Source: Phoronis australis
Taxonomy: Eukaryota; Animalia; Phoronida
Length of the DNA stretch: 51,219 nucleotides
Assembly (NCBI GenBank): GCA_002633005.1
Contig: NMRA01001131.1
Span: 1-51,219, forward strand
Reading direction: 5' to 3'
The position numbers and the translations under genes were made by a program. The notes below the pieces were generated by a model that saw only the letters and a program-made list of their open reading frames with translations, ran no database searches and was not told the DNA's origin. Positions 37,625 through 50,475 of this stretch are shown here, one piece after another (position 1 is the stretch's first letter; each line of letters begins with the position of its first letter).

Positions 37625-39305
37625 TGCCACCCAAAAAACAACCTAATTTGTATCAATTTAGATCGAGTAGTTCTACTCCATAACGACATGTACGGTTGCG
37701 CTACCTGACACCTGACGGCAGACGGTGTTGAAATTATCCAATGACGTCATTGGTTTCACACGCAGTCTGTTCAGCAGTTCACAACACGGGTTACTGGTGT
37801 CAGCTTATCGCTTGAAGTCATCGTTTAACACCAATAAATCATCACACTTCGATGTAAAACCCTTAAAAATACACCGAATTCTTATAAAAACGTGTTGTTT
37901 TATTTCGCTCTTACGGATTTATTGGTATTTGGACACACCGTAGCCTACAAAGTTCGACAGGTCAATAAGATCCGTAGCAGGAGTTTGGGGTCTGTTCGGA
38001 GATAATTTTGAAGCATTTTCCGTGAGATACAGACAGGAGAACCTAGATCTGTGTTGTTTAGACTTGTGGTTTTTTGAGTTTTAAACACAAAACGGCTTGT
38101 TAGCCTGGTCAGTGGCTCGGAGCCCGATCAGGCCCGTCGCGGCAGGCCGGATTCACTCGTTATCCCCACCAGTGGCTCGGAAACTCATGATCAGACATCA
38201 GGAACATAAACCAGCCAAAGTTCAGTGGAAACTAAACTTGCAGTCAAGAAAATATTATACTAGTCAGACAAAGTAATGTGCACCTGATTATGTTGGTGAA
38301 TTAGCCACGAAACTGCAAAACTACTCACTTGTCGGGGGCCGCAAATTCAGGTTCCGCTTTGGCCGCAGCACCGTCAGGGCAGAAGTTGTACATTGACAAT
38401 CATTATTTGAGTAACGTAAATGTAAATAAAGATTCTCCTAACACCTGGCCGTGGGATGGAAATCGAGTTGTTTCACAACAGTTCCTGCCAGCAAACACTA
38501 AATTAGCATGAGCTCACATGGCCTAGGTGCCCCGTCAATTAGTTTTATTGCACCTAAAGCCGGTAACGCAGTGATTTATTCAGTGCTGGCTTCTCAAATC
38601 ATTTGCACTCACGAACACTCCAAAGGCATTACAAATTGCATCTAATGAGACAGACTTTGTTTCAGTTTTATATAAGTATTGGTTAGGGTGAGAATAGTTC
38701 ATTTTGAAACCGAACGCTCAGTAATAAACGCCAACATGACAACTCGCAATCCCCGAGTCGACTTAGGACGAGCTAGAGCTCATCAGTCCCGACTTCGCAG
38801 GTGGATCGTTAAGTTTTACAGGCTATCAATTCGAACGGGAATACAGTGATGAAGAAATACTAGAGAGGCGCCGTGAACAAGCTCAGACAACGGAACGTAT
38901 GGAGTTATTTGGTAAGCCGGCATTCGTCAGGCACTGTCGACGTCTGCAGGAAACAGACACGGAGATGTTTCACGGCATCCTACTTGCTATTTATAGTGTA
39001 CATTTCATTTTTCACTACCATGAGCCACTTCCTAAGCATTTCGAACTCTCGAGGAAGTAAAAAAACGACATACCCGCTTTCCTCAGTCGCAGATGCTTAG
39101 TTCGGACAAGCGGGAACGATGCAACGCAACACAGCGGCATTCACTCTGCATATGAACCACTGACGTCGTTAGCGTCGTTTCTCACCTTCCTCACAGGTTA
39201 ACGCGACACCTCTTGGCAAGGTAAGGTCGACCGTATGCAAGGCGACGTGGATATAGACCGATTAAGACGGCAAAAAAGACTAATTAAATCGGGTGGCATT
39301 CTCCT
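37625..39305 (+). mobile_element. Kolobok family B near full-length copy
   Basis: Colinear with 22977-24596, missing the first ~6 nt; ends GGGTGGCATTCTCC(T) TTAA; carries a GYQFEREY remnant. Confidence 0.88.
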
Positions 39306-39308
39306 TAA

Positions 39309-39697
39309 AGTAACCCCGTGCACATTTTTTCTTTGTCTCACTATTGTAGTATTTTCGTGACTGGACGTTTAGTTTCTAACTTTGGGTAGTTTATGTTCGT
39401 GATGTCTTCAGTCCGGCCACGATGGCCTTGATCGGGTTCCGAGCCATTGGCCGGGATAGCAAAACAAGCGTTTTGTGTGGTTAGAACTGAAGAAAATTGC
39501 AAGTCTAAAATAACAACACATTGCCGTGTTCTCTTGCCTGTATTTCACCGACGAATAATTTGAATTTATCACCGAACAAACCCCAAACTCCTGCGACCGC
39601 GCACCTTAGTAAATTGGCCTACAGAACTTTGTAGGCTACGGTATGTTCAAATACCTAAAACTCTGTAACGGAGAAATAAAATAACACGTTTGTTCAA
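39309..39697 (-). mobile_element. Family-B-related inverted fragment
   Basis: Reverse complement of about 23226-23605; abuts the previous copy at the TTAA. Confidence 0.75.
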
Positions 39698-40019
39698 TCC
39701 GCCGCTGGGTCGAATTTATTATCCACCTACTCGCTCCTCACAAGTAAGTGTCTCGACTTCACGACATCTTCATCAGTGCCTATGTAAGAATTCCGTCCAC
39801 TGCTGTCAGCACCCAACGATGTTGCACAAACCCCATGGGTGAATGTTTGTTTTCTACGACAAAAACTTCATCACCCTAGCGAAGATCAACTTGTTTTCCA
39901 CGCCATTTGCGATCTTTCTTTCAATCTGTTCTCATAAAACTTAACTTATACACTTAATGATAAAAAGATCGTTATTGTAAATTATGTGTAGCAAACGTTC
40001 AACGTACGTTACTACTTAC

Positions 40020-40083
40020 TTTTTCAAATATGCGGGTTCGTCAGGATACCAAGAAAAATCAGCCTCGTAAATGTGAACGGATG
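40020..40083 (-). CDS. ABCC1: MRP1-like exon (start of NBD1)
   Basis: tttcag|...AA|gtaagt, 64 nt, phase 1 to 2; SVHIYEADFSWYPDEPAYLK. Confidence 0.92.
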
Positions 40084-41357
40084 CTGAAAATGAAAGATTT
40101 ACGGCGTGACTATAAATTCGGTCAAACACCGTGACGTTTAAAATACTGAATGACTGTTGAAAGAAAAACGTTAGGTCTGAAATGATAGAAAATTGCAACA
40201 CATTGGTCGAGGCGGGTAAGGTAAGTTATTGATGCCGTTGTTTTCAAATTAAATTATATGTTACATGGAATAAAAACTTAATTTCAAATGTTTTATAAGT
40301 TTGCTTGACGAACTTTTGTCAAACTAGTTAAAACCCCTCAAGTCAAACAACAAATTTCAACTTTCGTAAAGAAGAGACTTCTTGTCTTAGATTGTTTCCC
40401 TCAACTAAACTAATCTTGCGATCTCTACGACGTAACAGAATCGCCATATAGTGAAATGCAGCGGACAACCATAATCTTAAAAGTAGCACGCTTTTTGGAC
40501 AATTACATTGTAAGCTTATGTTACGCTGTTTGATGTAAATTATCTCAAAAACGAAATCGGTGATCCCTATTTTTTCATTTAATAGAAAGCGTGTCAGGGA
40601 TTAAAATAAAGCAATTAATGAAAACAATTAACAGAGTACCTTTTTGTAGATAAGTCACAGGGCTTAAATCGGAGGTATTCAAAATCCACAAAAATGATTA
40701 CGTAAAAAAATAAGTAAACTAAAAACGTTAACACTAAAACTGAGACAGAACAGCGAAATTAATCCACTTCCTAAAGGATTTCAATCATTTATTTCTTCAT
40801 AGATGGCTTTTTAGTAACCCATGTGAATTTCACATTTTTGCCAGATATGCCTCAGTGTAGGCGGCTGTAACGGAAAAGCTAAGTTGTTGACCCCCACATT
40901 TTTTAAAGATTTGTAGCAGGCAGTGACCAAAACACAAAATGTAAGAATCTAAAAATCCAACGATGAATTAAACTGTATCGAACCCTCGCAAAAACACAAA
41001 TGACAAGCGTTTACAAACCGAGGGGTGTGAGACGCAACCAAATCGACAAACGCGGGCTATCCCGGCTGATGTTTTGGAATGAAGAATAAACTTTTTGACA
41101 AAAATGTAGTATCTGGTCATCAGCTCTCAAAACGTATCTGCAACTGAGAAATGTGGAGTCCATGAAACAGTTGGTATGACCGACATTAGAAACATACAAT
41201 AAACTGAAGTAAAATGGATATTTTCGTGAAGCTAAGACGATTTTCTGTATAATACTGCGTGCTTCGTAACACTAAAATTCTCGTTTGTCAAAATTTGTGG
41301 TCACCGCTCTTGTCAGTTTCATTGTACCAACTGAAAATTCCTTAAATTATTGCTTAC

Positions 41358-41442
41358 CGTCGGATGCCTCGCTTGTGACTTGTCTTACGTCCAGTTCATC
41401 TGCTGTTAAAAACTTGGCGAGGCGACTAATAGCAACACTTGC
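41358..41442 (-). CDS. ABCC1: MRP1-like exon
   Basis: ttcaag|...G|gtaagc, 85 nt; ASVAISRLAKFLTADELD, compared with MRP1 ASVSLKRLRIFLSHEELE. Too short for the ORF track. Confidence 0.92.
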
Positions 41443-41789
41443 CTTGAAAAGGAAATAACAGCTTAAAATTGAAGGAAAGCCTGGTATTAACATTTCTGCC
41501 CATTCGAATTGTTGTCTGGTATTATTATTTTATGGTAAAAAAATGACGCGTGTAGTGCATGCTGGGAACTTTTTCAACTTCGCGAAGTCACTGTATTTGC
41601 ATTCCTACCCACAACACAGCTTCTTGGTAGCACTGAAAGGAAGAATATATTCAAATTTACATGAAAACAACAGTGGGGCCATTTCGCCAGGTGTGATGCA
41701 CTGAGAGTGTCTGAAAAGAGCCAGGTGGATTTCTAGAAGTGATTAATAACCCACTTCCAGAAATGTGAGTTAGGTTCACTTTGACTTAC

Positions 41790-41936
41790 CTGAACAAATT
41801 GTTCAGGGCAGGGTATAAGTAGAATGTTACTTCTCCTTCCTAGCGTCAAGTAAGCTAGTGTTACAGCCATTTTCCTTGAATCTAATACATTTTGACTGCT
41901 GAGTCCAACATAAAGGCCATATGTTGCCAATATTAC
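41790..41936 (-). CDS. ABCC1: MRP1-like exon (end of TMD1)
   Basis: tttcag|...CAG|gtaagt, 147 nt; VILATYGLYVGLSSQNVLDSRK...EQFVQ. Confidence 0.92.
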
Positions 41937-42147
41937 CTGAAACAAGTTATGAACATAGGTGTCTTTATCGATCACACTCCACGAGCGTTTGAGAAATAAG
42001 GTAGAAAATGAGAGGGTTGGAAAGGGAGCGTACAATTTTAAAAAGCTCGCTTACATCCAAGCCCTTATTTGGATTTAACCTTCTGTAACTAGGTTCATAA
42101 ACTGCACTTTGCTTAAGGAAAACAGCAAAACAAAACGGATGACTTAC

Positions 42148-42351
42148 TAAATTATTGCAGCTCATCAGTATCCCGGCAATAACAGATTGAATGTTGAGCA
42201 CCGTCTTGCAGAGTCCCAACTCGTTCTCTCTTATTTTAAGAAGTAACTCCACGAACGACTGTTCCCACGCATAAAGTTTAAGCACTTTGATTCCATTCAG
42301 AATTTCACTTGTGACTTTGATTCTGACATCTTTTAACGACATCTGCTTCGC
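42148..42351 (-). CDS. ABCC1: MRP1-like exon (TMD1)
   Basis: taacag|...|gtaagt, 204 nt; AKQMSLKDVRIKVTSEILNGIKVLKLYAWE...SCNNL. Confidence 0.95.
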
Positions 42352-42555
42352 CTGTTAATGAATACGAGGTATGATATGTCGTTTCAGATAAATTAATTGA
42401 ACAAAGGAAATTCCAAAGGCAGCGATAGTCTATGCAGTTCAGATAAAGGGGCACAAATGATAATGTACTAACGAAGATGTCCAAACTCATATATTCACCT
42501 GTCTCTCTATAGGCTTCATGTCTACATTTGGATCCAGACCATATAATATATATAG

Positions 42556-42660
42556 ATTATTACATGGCGAAGTCGTTATCCGCCGTTATCTAGAGCCCGA
42601 GTGGATTTTGGAGAATTTTCGCCCGAGGGGCGTTAGTTAGCGAGGGTGATAATTCTACTA
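42556..42660. repeat. Possible Crypton-like non-autonomous repeat end
   Basis: tattacatggc start and a cgcccgagg...cgagggtgataatt hairpin motif resemble Crypton-type repeats; no recombinase ORF seen. Confidence 0.3.
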
Positions 42661-42686
42661 CACTCCTTGATTCTATTTTCACGTTC

Positions 42687-42756
42687 GCTGAGTGTTGTAG
42701 TGGTAAAGTCGGCGACTCGAAACTCTTGAGGCCCGGGTTCGAATCCGGCCTCGGTT
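42687..42756 (+). pseudogene. tRNA-derived SINE head or tRNA pseudogene
   Basis: A box TGTAGTGGTA, B box GGTTCGAATCC, T-stem CCGGG/TCCGG, partial acceptor stem GCTGAG/CTCGGT; the anticodon stem does not pair. Confidence 0.65.
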
Positions 42757-44234
42757 TACCAACAATGGGTTATTACATGGTTGTATCTGGCATTCGAGGC
42801 TAACTTTGTGGAATAAATATGTATACGTACACATAGGCCTACTTTCAATATTCCTATTGTGCTTCAGTGAGAGAGAGCTATCACTGCAAAGTATTTGTTT
42901 GACGCACAGTTCCCACGACTCAGGGCAAGTGATTGTCGATTAAGCTCCGCGCAAAATAGGAGCATACCTTGCAGAAACTTTGTCAGAGAACTTATGTTTT
43001 TCATTCTTAAAATTCATTACGTGGATAGTTCTGCCGAGAATGCAATTGCGAGCATCTCAGCATTTAGCAAGTAACGATTCATATCTTTTTCGCTTGAACG
43101 ATGATTTTCGCGGGAACGATGATTTTCTCAGCTTCGTATCGCTGGCTGAGGACCACATAAGACCGATTTTTTCTGCCATAATTCCCAATTTAAGACATCA
43201 AAAACTCATTTACTACGTAAGACCATACTAGCGTGCATCATCACACTCATATCCCGAACAAAAGCATGCGCAAAAAGTAGTCCACGTCCCACTGTATACT
43301 GATAGTAGTAATATCCAAGACAATGATAAAATCATTCAATCAGAAGCTAGCAATAACGACATCAATGAATATCTGTATTACTAATGAAAACGCTTTGTAC
43401 CCAACCCCACTTGGTGAAATTGCCTAAAAATGGATTACTACCCTCGTAGGTTTACGCGATACCACGTGTAGGCCTAGGAGGTCTGTAAGGGCAATGGCAT
43501 ACGCCGACGAAGGATTCTTCCGGGAAGCGAAGCGTGTATTTCAGGGAGTCTGAATGAGGATCCAGAGTTCGAGTAGTTCCACTACCGAAAATTGCAGGCA
43601 GAAAAAGTCTTTTGCGTCCCAAATGAAGTTGATATTTACATAATCAACACTCCCAGTGTGAGTCATTTTATTGTACACTCATCTTGTTAGTTACTCTCTA
43701 TATCTGCGAATAACAAACTATTGTTAGTCTCCTTTTCCATAGCGAGTGTAATTCAGAGTGGAATGCCGACATCGAACACGCGCGGATGAGGTTGCGCGCA
43801 TGCATGCAAGTTGTTTGCATTCATTTGCTCGGGTGCTGTTTCTTGCTATGGAATATAGAATTTAAGTTGATAACTACAACACTCTATCAGACGTATTATA
43901 AATTAGAGAGAGTTACATAGGCTTCCGGATTTACGAGAGCTTGGGGCCCTCGCAAACCCTTAAACCTTTACTGCACATGTCAAGTGAATGATTTATCTAG
44001 ACTTTTGAACTCTACGGATGCATCCAGTAAAACTTGGGGGCACAACTTGGATGGCCAATAGATTTTTATTTTCACTTTAGGTTATGCAAATCGATCTTTA
44101 AAGTCGACTGACTGCAAGAAAAAGAAAACGTTATCAATTCGAATTGAAGGGACACAATTTGGATTAAGTTTGAACTACCGCAAGCTTGCAAATCCGTTAA
44201 ATGGCGAATCACAACGTAAAGCGTACAGCCTTAC

Positions 44235-44489
44235 CTGCACCTTTTTGGCGATAGACGACACGATCACCAAGACTGGAACCATAAGCACCATTACTGTGAG
44301 ACCCAAAATGGCTGCTACGCCCAACAGCCCATACACGAAAACAATCGACGACGCAACCACGAGTGGAGCCGACCACGAGCAATGAAAGGACATAATTATA
44401 TGTTCAAACGTCGCTGTGTCAACCGACATAAGATTGATGATTTTCCCTGTCGGGGTATCCTTTCGGCTTGCGAATGAAAGTTTTAAAGA
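44235..44489 (-). CDS. ABCC1: MRP1-like exon (TMD1)
   Basis: ttgcag|...CAG|gtaagg, 255 nt; SLKLSFASRKDTPTGKIINLMSVD...WSAPL...AKKVQ. Confidence 0.95.
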
Positions 44490-44911
44490 CTGCAAGATGA
44501 TAACAATCATTTGGTAAGACTGACATATGTATAGTTCGATCTGTATGATATTAAGTTGATATTCACATATTCACTTAATGAGTTGGTTATAGGTCTAATC
44601 AGAAGTTGAATTTCACTAAAACAGGAAATACAGATTTCACTGAACAGTTCAAAAAGCAATGAAAACCTCGTTTGTGCTTCAGCAACTTCTTTTCAGCCAC
44701 GACAAAATTTGAAGCCTGCATGATTTAACCGATTTAGCTGATCATCAACTCCACCACTTGTTTCGGATGTAATTTCTTCAAAATGTCGTGTTCTGATTGC
44801 ATTTCCAACACAGTTTTTAATCTGGATATCGTTCCTCCTGTATGCACTCATTTGTAGAGGAGGCACGCTTTCTTGGGGAAGTTGCCGCGTAATTACGAAT
44901 AACGTGTTCAC

Positions 44912-45089
44912 CTTGCGAAAGATGGCACACGTGAGAGCTGTCTGTAGCTTCTTTCCTGCCATCTCGCTGTAATATTGGCTTTGATGATTCAGGACGGATC
45001 TCACAAGAGACAGACCAGTCAGCACTACAGTAAGATAAACTCCATATGACATTGATTCCCCTGGAGTTTCTACGAACGTGACGAGTGAA
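44912..45089 (-). CDS. ABCC1: MRP1-like exon (TMD1)
   Basis: tttcag|...AAG|gtgaac, 178 nt; SLVTFVETPGESMSYGVYL...LQTALTCAIFRK. Confidence 0.93.
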
Positions 45090-45981
45090 CTGAAATGTAG
45101 TATAAAAGGGTGTGGAAACTGAAAAGGAATGTATCGTGTTGTAAAGGTGTAATAAAGCCACGACTTCTGTCACAACATCTTTCGATTTAGTCCACTTACG
45201 GTTAAAAAATCGATTCCATTGAGTCTTACAGAGAAAAGAAATTATTCAGATTACGTCCATTTCTTATAAATATTCATTACAACATAAAAATCACAATGAA
45301 TAATTGTGCATACCATCGTAATTGTGATGGAACAAATGTAATAACTCATAGATAATGGCGCCTGTCTTTTCTTCTCAGTTCTGCCTTCAATAACTATTTT
45401 TACATGGCCACCGTTTCAAGAATTTACAATACGTTTAACATTGCCAAGGCTAACAATTTATCAAAGCTATAAACATAAAAATATCCTACTTTCAAAATTT
45501 CTGCAAACACAGAGCATTTCAGTAAATATATATTTCATTTTCTAACTTTCTCGCATTACTAGCAAACACTGTCTTTCCTGACAATACCACTAAACAGAAT
45601 CCACGTACATTGCTCATTACTGCGCTCTGTGCTTACCTGCAACGATCAAACACAAAACTATGATGTAGTTAAAGACAGGTGCGTGTGAATACAGCATTTT
45701 GCCAAAACTAAGTTATTTTTAAACTAGGTAACATCAATACTTGGCTTGCTCGAGAAATGGGAATAGCAGCGTTGCTGGTCCAAATCATGACGTATCTATC
45801 AACGTTGTTAGTCGAAGTCATGGCACCTCTACCTCAGTCGGTACTCATTCACAAAAGAAAGTTAATTTACTCAACTTTGGTTTGTCCAGGCAGAATCAAA
45901 ACTGATGTAAATTACAATAAATTCGTAACATGTAGTCCAACAAGCTTTTCCTTGTACTGCAAGCTGAAATAAAATGTATTA

Positions 45982-46557
45982 CAGGCCCGTAGCCGGAGGG
46001 GGGGGNATTCGATTGAACCCATTGCGAAAGAAGGTCCATCCCTAGCCCGTGCCCGCTACCTAAAGAAAGAACAACTCAACAAATACCCCGAATCTTTACA
46101 AAAATCCTCATTGATGTGTCCCGTATAGTAGTTATTGTTCTACAAGGCGTGTATTAACACATTCATGCGAGCAGGTATGAGAAGGGTCTCAGACAAATTG
46201 CCATATTGGCGCTGGTACATGTCCATAACAACAAAGAGTTACTGACAACGTTTAAAAAAGATAAATCCCAGGAAGGCAACATTTGGAAGCCCATGAACCT
46301 GGTGTGTTTCTCGTCGTTTCAATGCGGACTGTGTTGTATTGATAATGGAATTTACAACAACTACATTGAGGTTACTGAACTTGTGTTTGAATTTCTTCAC
46401 AATTTTGTATTGAAAACTTATTGCGTCGCCTACTGTTTAGCTCCTTAGGGGCGCCCCGAAAAAGGCACAGAGTCGATGCCAATTTTTGGCCAAATATCAA
46501 CAAAAGGTCCACTGTTTTGAAAATTCGAACCCTTGCGGAGTCCTGGCTACGGGCCTG
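45982..46557. mobile_element. MITE-like element with 13-bp TIRs
   Basis: CAGGCCCGTAGCC / GGCTACGGGCCTG; no target duplication seen; contains an N at 46006. Confidence 0.6.
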
Positions 46558-47339
46558 TTTTTGAACTACGGACACGTGCCTGCCCCAATTTCATTAAAAA
46601 TTGGCGCCTGGTAAGTTGGCTAGCATCTCAAGTTTTGTGCTACATGTTATGGCTACGAATAGCATTACTTGATTTTGAGCCTGTCCTGAGGAAAATATTG
46701 TCAACTGTTGACTCCTTGACCTACTTTTGCTCAGTTGTGTCTTTTTTAAACCTTTACTGCTTGTAAGCGGGAAATTGAAATTTAGCAGGAAATTCAGGTA
46801 CCCTTCAGACACTTTGAATTCGTAAAAACAATGGCTGGTCGACACCCTCTTTTACATGAAAATAACTGATTGTTTATGGTTCGCCTAGCTCTATTTTTCA
46901 AACCCCGTTTGGTGTTGTTTGAAATGTGACTACGGACAACTCTGTACGCCGGTCATACTCAGCAAAACTCGTTCCAACATGGCGGACAAGTCACCTCACT
47001 GTGATGCCACCGTTCTAACACTATATTCCTGTAGATTTGAGCGCATGAAACTTTTTTGAAGATTTTTGGTTCACACAACCACACAAGCTATAGGAGCTTA
47101 CTTGAGCGATAAGTACGACGTCTCTGCTTTAGTCGCATCTGTGGTTGATCTCCCACAGACCACAGTAGCATTTTTATTTGTTACAGCAACAAGTGCATTG
47201 TTCATTAATACCAAGTTCAACAACACATTAATTGTAATAAAATATGTACCATCCCCGAATATGGTTTATCTGTCACTTCACTTTATGTGTAATCATTACT
47301 CAGTAATAATTAAGAATCTCAAAACTCGCATTTCCTTAC

Positions 47340-47525
47340 CCAATGATGTACGGCATTAACAAACCAGTGCCATCAGCAAGGAATCTAGTTATGCCTCCAA
47401 GCACGAAATCAGATCCGACCGTTTTTGCCATCACTTTTAGAAGTAACGCTCGATCAGTGATCCTGGGCGAGTCCTTGTAAACTTGTTCGCAAAGCTTTCT
47501 TGTCCCGATGTTCTTCTGCTTGTTG
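47340..47525 (-). CDS. ABCC1: MRP1-like exon (end of L0, start of TMD1)
   Basis: LLLKVMAKTVGSDFVLGGITRFLADGTGLLMPYIIG; donor GG|GTAAGG, phase 2. The acceptor is uncertain (47525 or 47550). Confidence 0.8.
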
Positions 47526-49022
47526 CTATTAATGTACCAAATAATGACGACTGAAAGGTGCAGTGTTATAATTACATTATTGAAACAGAAACAAAAACGA
47601 AAAATGGAAATAGATGTTGCCAAACTATTCCATTAATTTTTTGTTGGCAACTGTATGAATCACAGGCGTAGGAAGCAAGTGGCAGGGGGAAAAGCACCCC
47701 CACTCATGAAGTTGGGAGGCAACGCCCCCACACGAACGTAAAAAGCAAGAGGTGAAATGGAACTACGAGTGGGGGGAACACGAACAGTCGAGATAAAAAC
47801 ACAATTGAATATGGATAATTACCAGTGTTGGATTTACCTTGTGGGGGCCATGGCCAGGATATTTTGGCTGTGGTCCTCCCAACTTTCTAAAAATGCAGCA
47901 TATATTGTTAACGCTCAATCGAAAACATGCTCTTTTTCATACATACAAGTCCGAGGAAATTTGTTATGCACAGACTTTTCAGAGCAATTCAAACTGTTGA
48001 ATTAAGTAGACAATTTTAGGAAATGCAAAACCGAATTTCTTTATAACTTCCTCTCTTGTTAATTATAATGCAACAATCTCTCATTCTCCAGCTTTTCGAA
48101 GGGACCCGCTGACAATGTCCATGGCTACCCTTTCCTGTTTTTCTTATTGACACCATTTTCTTTATGGTGCCACTCATGGACGGAGTTTCTATTTTGCTTC
48201 TTTGCTAAATCGTAATGTTTTTGTTAAGGAATTAAAGAATGTGAAAAGATGATGGAAAGAGGGTGAAAGGACAATAGAATCAACAGCTACTCTTCTTCAT
48301 TTTCTATAAGTGATGTAGCCTTTCACATTGGAGTAGGTTACATCTACATTGAGCAGTATGCCACCCATATTAGGGGATTCCCTTTCAGATGGGATAATAT
48401 AAATTCAATTGTTCGCGAGAGGAAGTAGAAAATTTTCAATTGGCCATAACGCACCGCAGCATCAAGTCGCGCGACCCAAATCACCAAAATATAATACCAG
48501 TGAGCGGAATCGATAAAAGATGAACACGAAAATCACTGTGCGTTAAACAAGTGCAACGTTCTCGATGATTTTAATACGACAGAAATATCGGTACTTTTCT
48601 CCATAGAATTCTAAAAATAGTATTTCGTTTGAAGAGCGGTATTAGGAGAGCACTGGTAAAGACGGGAGTTGTTCGTACGAAACTGTCTGTCGATCACAAT
48701 GTCAGGAGTACGATTTTTACGAGGGTGTACAGACAGTGCCAGTTACAGGATATTTACAGAATGTGTTGACCGACCGATAGTGTCACGTTTTTAAATTTTC
48801 TTTGCAACCGCAAGATGTCGTGTTGTAGTGGTATTGTGGGCGCCACTTTATCACAGTGTGTTGAAGTGCCGAGTAATCTTTCGGTCCTCGGCTGTTTAAT
48901 GGTTATGCATCAGTAGGATCATATTGACATAAATATACCTTTTATTGACTGTCGTTCTGAAGTATGGATAACGGTGTTTCAAGTTTATTGTATAAATACA
49001 CAAAACGTACCGACGGAGAGTA

Positions 49023-49092
49023 GCGTACATGAAGTAATATCCCACGAGACATTGTTACGCGGAATAATGTCGAGATATTACTTCATGTACGC
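49023..49092. repeat. Hairpin with a perfect 19-bp stem
   Basis: GCGTACATGAAGTAATATC...GATATTACTTCATGTACGC, plus inner and outer stems. Confidence 0.9.
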
Positions 49093-50475
49093 CAATCGAG
49101 GTACGTTTTGTATTCATCCCATACGCTTCGAATTCCTAAGTTTCTTTCATTTTTTCCACAGATTTTTTAAGTACTTCATTCAGACTGTTCACGTGACGGA
49201 TCACATCCTACACGTATGTACTTGGGCGTTAGGCTGCAAGTTTTCTCTAGTAAACGAAACAGTTTTCAATGAGACGATTTATTACTTGAAAAGGGATGAA
49301 AAGATGAAAACAAGGGTAACTTTTCATTGAGCTTGTAACATCTCCTGAAAATAGTTAAATAACAACAATATTTGATATTGCAGTTATCGAGGAATCGGCG
49401 CCTGAGTTGCAGACGATAAAATATTTAGCAAATGAAAACTGCGACAGAACTGTGTTATAATTAACAGTCCTGTTCCAGATGTTACAATTGAGACCTGATT
49501 GTATGTTGAGCGTTATTTACACTGCTATAATTGTATTACTTTTAACTATTTTCCGAAAGTTTGGTGATCGAATCGGCTAACGACGTCGAGTTGACACTGA
49601 CCTACCTTTTGAACTTTCGATGTCAGAGGTCACTGTTTAATTAGTGCGGGAGGTGAATACGGAAAACTTTATTACATGGTCGCATTTCCCTCGACAGATT
49701 CAACGCGTATGGGATAATATTGCGTATGTCTCTGATAACAGTCTTTTACTTGTGAATATAATAAATGATTTACTTGATGACTGTAAACTAAGGGAATTAT
49801 ATTCAGTATTTTCAATTCGGCTCGTTTCAGCTTACCTATCATTACAAACTAACGAATAAAGTCAAGCCAATTCCCTTTCTACTACCACAGCGTACGTGTT
49901 TAACAGTTGAAGGTGTTCAAAGTGCATGTGCTGGCAAAATGTTGCAAAGATTCTTGTAATTCTTGAAATTCAAGCTTAACACTTGAAATGAAGTAGAATT
50001 CACGAATAAATTCTGGAAAATTTGTTGCACGAAAACCATCAAACCACCCGGGAGATGCTCATTCTTCCGTATTTTGCCGGTTGTCCGTCAAATACATGTA
50101 TCTTCGGGGAAGAACCTAAAATTACATGTTGTGATTTACGGATTTGAAAAAATCCCGTAACTTAGCAACCGTCAGTTAACTCAAAATGCGCCTTGCGTGT
50201 GCCTTTAGTTGTTTTATTGTGTTGCCAAGTGGTGGCTCAAAATGTAAAGTTAGTTTCGCTGGTTGCCTTCTTGGAATTTGCGAACAGCAAAGTTCGTACA
50301 CCAATGACGAGGGAGGGGTTGCGAATTTGGCGACGAACAGGCGGGGAGGGGGCTTAAGTGGTGATGAACGAGAATAATTTGACTTTGAAATTGGAATGGA
50401 AGCATTCATTCCTAGGCCTATGTGATTGTTCTGCGCAATAAAGTTACGAAGAACCCAATGAAAAAAAAAAAAAAA

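Noticed and set aside
39309-39350. Continuation of the BEL integrase after the family B cluster (VRQRKNVHGVTL)
   Set aside because: The DNA aligns to Kolobok family B (about 23563-23605, reverse complement), so the peptide resemblance is coincidental.
42687-42756. Functional tRNA-Ser(CGA)
   Set aside because: The anticodon stem does not pair and the long variable arm of Ser tRNAs is absent; treated as a SINE head or pseudogene.
47600-50460. Upstream TMD0/L0 exons of the ABCC gene
   Set aside because: Candidate acceptors near 49285 and 50115 lead to stops in all frames tried, with no MRP-like motifs.
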